Source: Gammaproteobacteria bacterium
GTDB taxonomy: Bacteria; Pseudomonadota; Gammaproteobacteria; Ga0077536
Assembly: GCA_947450495.1 (NCBI GenBank)
Contig: CANFVX010000001.1
Location: forward strand, 16,434-80,433
Reading direction: 5' to 3'
Length of the DNA stretch: 64,000 nucleotides
In this document: positions 1-11,891 of the stretch, one piece after another
Layout of the letters: the number at the start of each line of letters is the position of its first letter
Position numbering within the stretch: position 1 is the first letter of the stretch
Position numbers and translations under genes: made by a program
Notes under the pieces: generated by a model
What the model saw: the letters and a program-made list of their open reading frames with translations, nothing else
What the model was told of the DNA's origin: nothing
Database searches by the model: none

Positions 1-3115
<3,115 letters not shown>

Positions 3116-3132
<17 letters not shown>

Positions 3133-4321
3133 GATAGCGCTCTGCGATCACTTCAATGAGCCAGCGAGCCAGCAGCGATTTCGACGCTTTACCCAGTTCG
3201 CGGCCTCCATCGGCCCAATAAACGGAAAGTTCGTTGTCATCACTTTCGAAGCCACTCCCTGGCATCCCCACCAGATTGGCGGCGATCATGTCGAGTTGTT
3301 TGGACTGCAATTTGGTTCGTGCGTAATCTTCAAGTCGCTCGGTTTCGGCCGCGAAACCGACCGTGAACGGACGCTCAGGCGAAGCTGAAACGGCTGCCAG
3401 TATATCTTTCGTCGGTACCAGATTAATGCTCATCGCGGCGCCGCTTTTCTTGATCTTCGCGCTCGCCGGCTCAACAACCGTGTAGTCCGCGACGGCTGCC
3501 GTCCCAATGAAAATATCGCAATTCGCTGAGCGCGAAAGCACAGCATCGTGCATTTCGGCGGCGCTGCGCACATTGATGACGTCGCATCCGCGGGGCGGCG
3601 CCATGGTGGAGGGCCCCGCCACCAGCGTTACGCGGGCGCCGGCAGCCAGCGCGGCCGCGGCGACGGCAAATCCCATCTTTCCGGAACTCCGGTTGGTGAT
3701 AAAACGCACCGGGTCGATCGCCTCCTGAGTCGGGCCGGCGGTGATGAGCACCTGCAAGCCCAACAATTCATTGCTCCCGAACAGGCCCTCGGCGGCGGCG
3801 CAAATGGCCGCGGGCTCACTCATGCGCCCGGGCCCCACGTCGCCGCAAGCCTGAGCCCCGCTGTCTGGCCCACAGAAGTGCACCCCGCGCGCGGCCAGCA
3901 GTTCGAGGTTGGCGGCAGTGGCGGCGCTACGCCACATTTGTTGGTTCATGGCTGGCGCGAGCAACAGCGGCGCCGCGCTGGCAAGGCACAAGGTCGTGGC
4001 CAAATCGTCCGCCAGGCCGTGCGCGACTCTGGCCATAAAGTCGGCGCTGGCGGGCGCCACCAGCACGAGATCCGCCCAGCGGGCCAGCTCGATGTGGCCC
4101 ATGGCTGCCTCAGCAGTGGGGTCCAGTAAGTCGATATGCACGGGCTGCCCGGACACGGCCTGAAAAGTCAGCGCTTGCACAAACGACTGTGCGGCGGCGG
4201 TCATCACCACCTGCACTCGCGCACCCGCAGCCTTCAGCTGCCGAACGAGATCCGGCGCCTTATAGGCCGCGATGCCGCCCGTCACCACCAGGCAGATTTG
4301 TTTGTCGGCGAGCCTGCTCAT
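3116..4321 (-). CDS. coaBC: Bifunctional phosphopantothenoylcysteine decarboxylase/ligase
   Basis: TGGIAAYK, HIELARWAD, APAMN, ACGDVGPGR, ITAGPT..DPVRFITNRSSGKMG, GFAAET; start set at MSRLADK (4321). Confidence 0.95.
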
Positions 4322-4420
4322 ATGCTTGCTCCTGAAATAGGCCTCTGGATTGTAGCGCATGGATTGCGGTCATTTACCCGGAGGTCTGCGTTTACCAGTC
4401 ACTTGAACAAGGATGTTGAA

Positions 4421-5095
4421 ATGACGATCAAGAACTTTCCGGCCGCCGAGCGGCCGCGCGAACGACTGCTGACCCACGGCCCGCTGCCGCTGACCGATGC
4501 CGAACTTCTCGCGATTTTTCTGCGGACCGGCAGCGCCGGGCGCGATGCGCTGGCCTTGGCCCGCGAGCTCCTCCATCTCAGTGGCGGGCTACGGCGACTG
4601 CTGGAACTGCCCCTGGAAGACTTTCTGGGGATGCCGGGACTCGGCCTCGCCCGCTACGCAGAACTGCAGGCGGCACTGGAACTCACCCGTCGCTATTTCC
4701 GTAGCGGGCTGGAACAGCGCGACCTGATTAGTGGTCCGCAAGGCGCCAAGGATTTTCTGGTCGCCCAGTTCAAAACCTTGCGCCGGGAAGTTTTCGCATG
4801 CCTCTTTCTGGACACCCGACATCAGTTGATTGCCTTTGAAACGCTGTTTTTTGGCACTCTGGATGCGACGACCGTCCACCCTCGGGAGGTGGTTAGACGC
4901 GTGCTGGAGCTCAACGCCGCGGCGGTGATTCTCGCCCACAACCATCCCTCGGGAGTGGCAGAACCCAGCACGGCGGACCAAGCTTTAACCCAGCGTTTGC
5001 GCGACGCTCTGGCGCTGATCGACGTGCGTGTGCTGGACCATATCGTGGCGGGCGACGGCTCTGCGGTCTCTTTTGCGGACCGGGGTTGGCTTTAG
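4421..5095 (+). CDS. radC: RadC (YicR) family JAB-domain protein
   Basis: ERPRERLL, DAELLAIFLRTG, VHPREV, AHNHPSG, LDH; divergent from coaBC and upstream of rpmB. Confidence 0.93.
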   Translation: MTIKNFPAAERPRERLLTHGPLPLTDAELLAIFLRTGSAGRDALALARELLHLSGGLRRLLELPLEDFLGMPGLGLARYAELQAALELTRRYFRSGLEQRDLISGPQGAKDFLVAQFKTLRREVFACLFLDTRHQLIAFETLFFGTLDATTVHPREVVRRVLELNAAAVILAHNHPSGVAEPSTADQALTQRLRDALALIDVRVLDHIVAGDGSAVSFADRGWL

Positions 5096-5109
5096 ATCCG
5101 TAAAAAGTC

Positions 5110-5138
5110 TTGGCTCATCCACGCAAAGCGGCTAGACT
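5110..5138 (+). promoter_or_regulatory. Candidate sigma70 promoter for rpmBG
   Basis: TTGGCT-17 nt-TAGACT, ending 38 nt upstream of the rpmB ATG. Confidence 0.4.
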
Positions 5139-5176
5139 CCGTCGCCCGCTAGATCATAACCATAGGCACGAGTGTC

Positions 5177-5413
5177 ATGTCCCGAGTTTGTCAGGTCACC
5201 GGTAAGGGTCCGATGTCCGGTAACAATGTCTCCCACGCGAATAACAAGACGCGTCGGCGGTATTTGCCGAACCTTCATTCGCGTCGCATCTGGGTCGACA
5301 GCGAACAACGCTTCGTTACCTTGCGCATCAGCAGTCATGGATTACGGATCATCGACAAGCGCGGCATTGATGTCGTTCTAAAAGAACTCCGCGCCCGCGG
5401 CGAAAAAGTCTGA
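5177..5413 (+). CDS. rpmB: 50S ribosomal protein L28
   Basis: [34 protein letters not shown]; 78 aa. Confidence 0.98.
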   Translation: MSRVCQVTGKGPMSGNNVSHANNKTRRRYLPNLHSRRIWVDSEQRFVTLRISSHGLRIIDKRGIDVVLKELRARGEKV

Positions 5414-5425
5414 GGTTGAGCAACC

Positions 5426-5581
5426 ATGCAGGAAAAAATCAAACTCGTGTCGAGTGCCGGGACCGGCCACTTCTACACCACGACCAAGAACAAGCGTAAC
5501 AATCCGGAAAAGTTGAAGCGCAAAAAGTTCGACCCGGTGGTCCGTCGCTACGTTGACTACAACGAGGCCAAGATCAAGTAA
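5426..5581 (+). CDS. rpmG: 50S ribosomal protein L33 (no zinc-binding cysteines)
   Basis: Manual translation [51 protein letters not shown] (51 aa); below the ORF-track size cutoff. Confidence 0.97.
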   Translation: MQEKIKLVSSAGTGHFYTTTKNKRNNPEKLKRKKFDPVVRRYVDYNEAKIK

Positions 5582-5603
5582 TCGTGCTTGAGTCTTTCGG
5601 CAG

Positions 5604-5629
5604 AAAAGCCCGCTATCGCGGGCTTTTTT
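5604..5629 (+). terminator. Rho-independent terminator, probably bidirectional
   Basis: AAAAGCCCGC-TATC-GCGGGCTTTTTT between convergent rpmG and the desaturase. Confidence 0.9.
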
Positions 5630-5639
5630 GTGTCCGCCA

Positions 5640-6827
5640 TCAAGCGACCAAGCGATAACCGGCCAGCCGTCGGGCGAACTCTTCCAGCGCCGCAATCCCG
5701 GTCGCTTCAGCAGCCTCACACCAGTCCTGCAGGCTCTGCAGCAGGCGTTCCTGACTCGCCTGACGCTCGCTGAACAGCATTAGCAATCGCTGCTGGAACT
5801 CATAAACCGTCGCCAAGGCCCGGCTTTTACTCAGACCGTCCCGCAAATACGCACGCTCCCGCTCGCCGAGCCTTTGGTCCGCTCGGGGAATTAGTCGCTT
5901 GAGCGATTTCAGCTCGTGGCGATTCGCTCTGGGCGTGCCAGCAACCTCGTCCTGATGTACCCGATACACGACCCGCCGCGCATAATCGGCGAGCACGTGC
6001 ACGTGACTGGCGACGACGGCGCGCAGCGTTTCGAGATCCACGCTCGATTTGCCGGCATCCACCATTGGCGCCCGCACGACCCGTTTCACGCTCGCCAGCC
6101 CCAGCAGTTCCAGCCCGCGGATATAGGCCCAGCCGATATCAAACTCCCAGGGGCGCATGGAAAAACGGGCCGAGGTCGCAAACGCGTGGTGGTTGTTATG
6201 TAACTCCTCACCGCCAATCAGCAGCCCCCATGGCAGCAGATTGGTCGAGCCATCCTGCGTCTCGAAGTTGCGATATCCCCGCCAATGACCGAGGCCGTTG
6301 ATAACCCCGGCGGCAAACAAGGGGATCCAGATCATCTGGACCGCCCAGACGGTCAAGCCCAGGACGCCGAACAGCACCAAATCCACCAGCAGCATCAAGG
6401 CCACGCCGTGAATGGTGAGACGGCTGTAGAGGTGCTGCTCCAGCCAGTCCTCTGGCGTTCCATGGCCATACTTGGCCAGCGTTGCCGGATCGTTTACAGC
6501 CTCCCGGTAGAGCTCGGCGCCCTCAAAAAAGACCTTTTTGATGCCAAACACCTGCGGACTGTGCGGGTCGCCGGTCTGCTCGACGAAGGCGTGGTGTTTG
6601 CGATGCACGGCGGTCCAACCCTTGGTGGACATGCCGGTGGTTAGCCAGAGCCATGCCCGGAACACATGCGCTACCGCCGGATGGAGTGAGAGGGCGCGGT
6701 GCGCCTGATGCCGGTGCAGGTACAGGGTCACGGCAACAATCGTGAAGTGCGTCATCAGTAACGTAGCCAGCAACACGCCCCACCAGGGCAGATCCAGCAG
6801 GCCATTGCGCGCGAAATCGGTAATCAT
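5640..6827 (-). CDS. desA: DesA-family (delta-9-type) fatty acid desaturase with C-terminal helical extension
   Basis: His boxes HRHQAH, HRKHH and GEELHNNHH; start set at MITDFARNGLL. Confidence 0.88.
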   Translation of the reverse strand: MITDFARNGLLDLPWWGVLLATLLMTHFTIVAVTLYLHRHQAHRALSLHPAVAHVFRAWLWLTTGMSTKGWTAVHRKHHAFVEQTGDPHSPQVFGIKKVFFEGAELYREAVNDPATLAKYGHGTPEDWLEQHLYSRLTIHGVALMLLVDLVLFGVLGLTVWAVQMIWIPLFAAGVINGLGHWRGYRNFETQDGSTNLLPWGLLIGGEELHNNHHAFATSARFSMRPWEFDIGWAYIRGLELLGLASVKRVVRAPMVDAGKSSVDLETLRAVVASHVHVLADYARRVVYRVHQDEVAGTPRANRHELKSLKRLIPRADQRLGERERAYLRDGLSKSRALATVYEFQQRLLMLFSERQASQERLLQSLQDWCEAAEATGIAALEEFARRLAGYRLVA

Positions 6828-6941
6828 GGGCCACCTTGTTCCGCAGGAAATCGTGATGAATCTTCCTCCACCCCTAAGGTGGCATGCAATGCGGCGCACG
6901 AGGCTTGGCAGGATCACCCAGCCTGCGAATAATCGGCCCGC

Positions 6942-7859
6942 ATGAGTGCAGACCTTCTGCTGGAAGCGCGCGGGCTATCTTGCGTCTACGGGCGCCGTCT
7001 GGTGGTAGACGGCTTGAGCCTGCAGCTGCAACGCGGGGAATGTCTGGGCCTCTTGGGCCTGAACGGCGCGGGCAAATCGACCGTGCTCAAGATGCTGAGC
7101 GGGGTGCTGGCACCACACGCCGGCGAGGTCTTCATCGACGGCGTCAGTCTCGGCCGCAGGCCGCTTCGCGCCAAGCGACAACTGGGCTATCTGCCCGACG
7201 TTCCGCCGCTATACCCGGATATGACGGTGCGGGAATTTCTGCTGCTGTGTGCCAACTTACACGCGGTGACGGCACCCGCGCAGGCCGTGACCGAGGCCCT
7301 TCATCGGTGTGAGCTGCAGGAAGTCGACAGACGGCTCATCCGCCATCTGTCCAAGGGCTATCAGCAGCGCGTCGGGATCGCGCAGGCAATCGTGCACCAG
7401 CCCGCAGTGCTGGTGCTCGATGAGCCGACAGTTGGGCTCGATCCAAGGCAATTGTTTGAGGTTCGCCAGCTGGTGCGAGCGTTAGCGCGCGACCGCGCGG
7501 TCATTTTTTCCTCCCACCAGTTGCGCGAAGTCGAGCACACCTGCACGCGGGTCGTGATGCTGCATGGGGGTCGCATTGTCCATGAAGCTTCGCTTCTGCA
7601 AAGCGCTATCGTCTTCCAACTCCGGTTGCGCGAAGGCGGACCGCAGGCGGCGCAGGCGCTCGCCGCGCTGCCCGGCGTGCTGAAGGCCGAAGCGGTCGGC
7701 GCCGAGGACTGGCAAGTCACGGTGGAGGACGCGTCGGTGAGCGAGCACATCGCAGCCTGCGTGGTCGCGGCGGGCTGGGGGCTGCGCGAACTGCGCCGGC
7801 TCGAAACCCCGCTCGAGCAGACCTTCCTCGCCCTGACGGCCGGAGACCAAGCCGCATGA
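6942..7859 (+). CDS. ABC transporter ATP-binding protein (GldA-like)
   Basis: Walker A GLNGAGKST, signature LSKGYQQRVG, LDEPTVGLDP, SSH. Confidence 0.9.
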   Translation: MSADLLLEARGLSCVYGRRLVVDGLSLQLQRGECLGLLGLNGAGKSTVLKMLSGVLAPHAGEVFIDGVSLGRRPLRAKRQLGYLPDVPPLYPDMTVREFLLLCANLHAVTAPAQAVTEALHRCELQEVDRRLIRHLSKGYQQRVGIAQAIVHQPAVLVLDEPTVGLDPRQLFEVRQLVRALARDRAVIFSSHQLREVEHTCTRVVMLHGGRIVHEASLLQSAIVFQLRLREGGPQAAQALAALPGVLKAEAVGAEDWQVTVEDASVSEHIAACVVAAGWGLRELRRLETPLEQTFLALTAGDQAA

Positions 7860-8605
7860 TGCGCGTAGTGCTACGCCGTGAATGGCATGGCTTCTTTCGC
7901 GGGCCGTCGGCATGGATGGTCCTCGCGCTGGTGCAATTTCTGGTCGCGTTTCAATTTTTGAGTCTGGTTGAGCAGTTCGAGGCCGCCTTGCCGCGGCTGG
8001 CGCGATTGGCTCAAGCACCGGGCCTGACGGAACTGGTGGTGCAACCCCTGATGATGATGGTCGCCATGCTGCTGCTGTTTGTGGTGCCTATGCTCTCGAT
8101 GTCCGCCATCGCGGGCGAGCGCCGGAGCAATACATATTGCCTGTGGCAAAGCGCGCCGATTAGCCTGCGAGCGCTGGTGCTCGGCAAATGGCTCGGGATC
8201 GTGAGCGTGCTGGCATTGATCTGGCTGACCACCGCCCTGCTGTGCCTCACCCTCGCCTGGGGTACCGAACTCGACTGGAAAGCGCTCCTCAGCGCTCTCC
8301 TCGGGCTAGCCTTGTTCATGCTGGCGACGAGTGCCATCGGGCTATTGTTCTCGACCTTGGCGAGTCTGCCTGCGCTCGCGGCGCTCGGCAGCTTCACCTG
8401 TCTCCTGTTTCTGTGGGTTTGTGACTGGAGCGGTCAGTTCGACGAGGCGCCCACCGTCTTTACCGGGCTGTCGATGATGGCTCACTTGCAGCCACTGGCG
8501 CGTGGCCTGATGGACACCGCTGACATTGGCTACTTTTTGGTGCTGACTATAGGCGCGCTGCTGTTATCGATCTGGCGACTGGACGGTGAACGTCGTGCCC
8601 TTTGA
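7856..8605 (+). CDS. ABC-2 type permease (GldF-like)
   Basis: About 6 hydrophobic segments; GERRSNT..L..API....VLGKW pattern; ATGA overlap with the ATPase gene. Confidence 0.85.
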   Translation: MMRVVLRREWHGFFRGPSAWMVLALVQFLVAFQFLSLVEQFEAALPRLARLAQAPGLTELVVQPLMMMVAMLLLFVVPMLSMSAIAGERRSNTYCLWQSAPISLRALVLGKWLGIVSVLALIWLTTALLCLTLAWGTELDWKALLSALLGLALFMLATSAIGLLFSTLASLPALAALGSFTCLLFLWVCDWSGQFDEAPTVFTGLSMMAHLQPLARGLMDTADIGYFLVLTIGALLLSIWRLDGERRAL

Positions 8606-9911
8606 CCGCAGCTGGCGCCGATGGCGCTACGCGCTGGAGGGCCTCGCGCTCGTCGTGAGCCTTGGCGTCGTGCTGTATGGGGTGTGTTCGTATCATCTGG
8701 CGGTCGACTGGACGCGCAACGAACGCCACTCCCTCCACCACGCGAGCAAGTTGGCGCTGACCGCGATCACGCTGCCGCTGACCGCCACCGTCTACCTGCC
8801 AGACCGTCACCCAAATCGGGAGTTAGCGAAGAATTTGGTAGTACGCTACCAGCGCGCCGCCCCTGCGCTGACCCTCCATTTTGTGGACCCGGCTGCAGTG
8901 CCGGAGCTGATGCGCAATGAGGAGATCCGCGAAGGCGAGATCACCCTTAGCGCCGGCGACCGCCGCGAGCGCGTGCGTCAATACACGGAGGCGGCGTTTA
9001 CCAACGCACTCATGCGACTGGCCCGCAAGGACTCGCAATGGCTGGCCTTCGTTAGCGGACACGGTGAGCGCAGCCCCTCACGCGGGGCCAATTTCGATCT
9101 GTCGGACTTTGCCCAAGCCCTGGCCCAGCGAGGCATAAAGGCGCGCGAAGTGAATCTGGCCGATACCCCGACCATTCCGGACAACGCGGCGGCCTTGGTG
9201 ATCGCGAGCCCGCAAGTCGATTTCCTGCCCGGCGAAATCACGGTTATCCAAGGCTATCTGTCGCGGGGCGGCGCACTGCTGTGGTTGCTGGAACCGGAAG
9301 TGCCCGGTTCGCTGCAAACGCTGGCGGCGAGCCTCGGGATTACGCTGACCGGAGACACCGTGATCGATCCGGGCGCGCAGGCCATGGGCATTGATGACCC
9401 GGCGATGGCGCTGGTCTCCCACTATGAAACGCATCCGGCGCTGGGCCGTTTCAATGCCACGGCCCTGCTGCCGCATGCCACCCCGCTGGTGGTAAAGGCA
9501 CTGCCCGGCTGGCAGCTGGCCCCTTTGTTTGTGAGCAATCCCGGCGCCTGGGGCGAGCGTTCATCGCTCAAAGCCGCAGTGAGCTTCGATGCGGCAGAGG
9601 ACCTGCGCGGGCCGCTGACGCTGGGGCTCGCGTTGCGCCATCAGGCGCAGCGCATCGTGCTGGTAGGCGACGGCGATTTCCTCTCCAATGCCTATCTGGG
9701 CAACGGAGGCAACCGCGAGCTTGGCACCCGGCTGGTGGAATGGCTCGCGGCAAACGAAGCGCTGGTCGAGATCGATGCCGTCTCTGCTCCTGACTCACGC
9801 CTTGACCTCTCGCCCTGGCAAATCGGGGTGATGGGTGGCGCTTTTCTCATCGCCCTGCCGGGCGCCTGCTTACTCAACGGCCTTTGGCTCTGGTGGCGTC
9901 GTCGTGCCTGA
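8586..9911 (+). CDS. GldG-like ABC accessory protein
   Basis: N- and C-terminal TM segments; DWTRNERHSL, FVSGHGER, GGALLWLLEP, GDGDFLSN...N motifs. Confidence 0.8.
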   Translation: MNVVPFDRSWRRWRYALEGLALVVSLGVVLYGVCSYHLAVDWTRNERHSLHHASKLALTAITLPLTATVYLPDRHPNRELAKNLVVRYQRAAPALTLHFVDPAAVPELMRNEEIREGEITLSAGDRRERVRQYTEAAFTNALMRLARKDSQWLAFVSGHGERSPSRGANFDLSDFAQALAQRGIKAREVNLADTPTIPDNAAALVIASPQVDFLPGEITVIQGYLSRGGALLWLLEPEVPGSLQTLAASLGITLTGDTVIDPGAQAMGIDDPAMALVSHYETHPALGRFNATALLPHATPLVVKALPGWQLAPLFVSNPGAWGERSSLKAAVSFDAAEDLRGPLTLGLALRHQAQRIVLVGDGDFLSNAYLGNGGNRELGTRLVEWLAANEALVEIDAVSAPDSRLDLSPWQIGVMGGAFLIALPGACLLNGLWLWWRRRA

Positions 9912-10722
9912 ATTACCCGAAGTTGAAACAACCTGTCGCGGCGTGGCGCCGCATGTCGAAGGCCGAACCGTGAGTCTGGTGGTGGTGCGCGAGCATCGGA
10001 TGCGCCAGCCGGTCCCTCCCGATTTGGCTGAAATCCTGACCGGACAAGTCCTGCAAACCGTGCGGCGGCGGGCCAAGTACCTGCTGTTTCAATTTCCGCA
10101 CGGACACCTGCTGGTGCATTTGGGCATGAGCGGTTCGCTCCGGGTCATCGCACCCGACACACCGGTAAAACCGCACGACCACATCGACCTCGAGTTCGAC
10201 GGCCAGATCTGTTTGCGTTTGCGCGACCCCCGACGTTTCGGGCTCATGCTGTGGCTGGTGGGTGAGCCTGAGGCGCACCCGCTGTTGGCGAAACTAGGGC
10301 CAGAGCCGTGGGATGCGACTTTCACCGCCGAATACCTGAGCGGCCTGGCCAGCACGCGGAGCGGCGCGGTCAAAAACTTCCTGATGGACGGTCATATTGT
10401 GGTGGGCGTGGGGAACATCTACGCCAGCGAATCGCTGCATCGCGCGGGCATTCATCCGTCTCGCCCTGCCCGACGGGTCAGCCGCGAGCGCTATGCAAAA
10501 CTGGTCGTGGCGGTGAAAGAGGTGTTGGAAGCGGCTATCGGGTTTGGCGGAACAACCCTCCGGGACTTCACCCGCGACGACGGCAAACCGGGATATTTTC
10601 GCAATGAGCTGCGGGTGTATGACCGCGCCGGCGAGCCCTGCCTGCAATGTGGTGAAGCACCGATTGCGCAACGGGTCATAGGTCAACGCGCCAGCTACTT
10701 CTGCCCCCGTTGCCAGCGATGA
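9904..10722 (+). CDS. mutM: Formamidopyrimidine-DNA glycosylase
   Basis: GTG start then PELPEVET; HLGMSG, DPRRFG, GVGNIYASE, C-terminal CLQC...CPRC zinc finger. Confidence 0.97.
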   Translation: MPELPEVETTCRGVAPHVEGRTVSLVVVREHRMRQPVPPDLAEILTGQVLQTVRRRAKYLLFQFPHGHLLVHLGMSGSLRVIAPDTPVKPHDHIDLEFDGQICLRLRDPRRFGLMLWLVGEPEAHPLLAKLGPEPWDATFTAEYLSGLASTRSGAVKNFLMDGHIVVGVGNIYASESLHRAGIHPSRPARRVSRERYAKLVVAVKEVLEAAIGFGGTTLRDFTRDDGKPGYFRNELRVYDRAGEPCLQCGEAPIAQRVIGQRASYFCPRCQR

Positions 10723-11891
10723 AGCGGGCGGCGCCGTCACCGACTCAGGCGGTTGTGGCCGGCTTGCTGGTGCTGGTCAGCGTGATGGGGATCGGACGCT
10801 TCGCCTACACGCCACTCCTGCCCCGGATGCAGGACGCGCTGGGCTGGAGTCTGGCGCAGGCCGGCGATATCGCCAGCGCCAATTTTCTCGGCTATCTGCT
10901 CGGCGCCCTGGCGTCGGGCAAAATCGCTGGCCGCCCCTGCCGGGCGCATTGGCTGGTCGGGGCGCTGCTGGCGAGCGCGTTGACAACCCTGCTCGGCGTC
11001 TACCCCTGGACCTATGGCGCCTGGCTGGTCCTGCGACTGGTGGCGGGGGCCGCGAGCGCGATCGGCATGGTGATCGGCACGGCGCTGGTCATCGATTATG
11101 TTTCGCTGAGTGGCCGACCGGCGCTCAGTACCGCGCCCTTTCCGGGGGTGGGGATCGGCATTGTGCTTTCGGTACTCGTGATTGAAACAACGACCCGCGC
11201 GGGGTTTTCGGTGGCGGGTCAGTGGGGCGCGCTGGGTTTTAGCGCGCTCGCCTGTGCCGGCATCGCCTTACCCGTCTTCCTGCGCCTACCCAATCTGCGC
11301 CCGGCGACATCGCTCGCCGGCAAGAGGCCGCAGGCCAGCGGCAACCCTGCGCATCTGCGCCGCCTGATAGCCGCCTATGGCCTGCTCGGTTTTGGTTATG
11401 TCGTCACCGCCACCTTTATTGTGGCGATGGCTCGTCAGCGGAGCAGCGCGCCGTTTCTGGAGCCGCTGTGCTGGCTGGTCGTCGGCGCCTGCGCGGCGCC
11501 GTCGGTGCCCCTGGGTCGCCGCTTGGCGAATCGGTTTGGCTTGATGGCGGTGATGCGCGGGGCGTTTATTGTGGAAGCGCTAGGGGTCTTGCTGGCCGGC
11601 ATCGGCCACGACAGCGTGAGTCTGCTGCTGGGCGGCGCCTGCCTCGGCGCGACCTTTCTGTCCATCACCGCCCTGATTCTCAATGCGGCCCGCACGGCGG
11701 CGGGCCCTTCGGCAGATGCCGCCATGGGCTGGATGACCACCGCGTTTGGCAGCGGCCAATGGCTGGGGCCCTTTTTTGCGGGACGGCTGGCGGTCTGGTC
11801 GGGTGGTTTCGCCTTGCCATCGCTATTGGCCGCCGGCCTGTTACTGCTTGGTGCCGCCCTGTTGCCGGCAGATCCCGCACGCGCGGATTAG
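10719..11891 (+). CDS. YbfB/YjiJ-family MFS transporter
   Basis: MGIGRFAYTPLLPRM and ASANFLGYLLGA motifs; ~12 TM; ATGA overlap with mutM. Confidence 0.85.
   Translation: MKRAAPSPTQAVVAGLLVLVSVMGIGRFAYTPLLPRMQDALGWSLAQAGDIASANFLGYLLGALASGKIAGRPCRAHWLVGALLASALTTLLGVYPWTYGAWLVLRLVAGAASAIGMVIGTALVIDYVSLSGRPALSTAPFPGVGIGIVLSVLVIETTTRAGFSVAGQWGALGFSALACAGIALPVFLRLPNLRPATSLAGKRPQASGNPAHLRRLIAAYGLLGFGYVVTATFIVAMARQRSSAPFLEPLCWLVVGACAAPSVPLGRRLANRFGLMAVMRGAFIVEALGVLLAGIGHDSVSLLLGGACLGATFLSITALILNAARTAAGPSADAAMGWMTTAFGSGQWLGPFFAGRLAVWSGGFALPSLLAAGLLLLGAALLPADPARAD

Noticed and set aside
4421..5095. radC as a marker of an ICE or prophage
   Set aside because: Full-length form in the standard chromosomal coaBC/radC-rpmB-rpmG context.
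5640..6060. Possible ISL3 insertion sequence
   Set aside because: In frame with an intact desaturase; no terminal inverted repeats, target duplication or full transposase.
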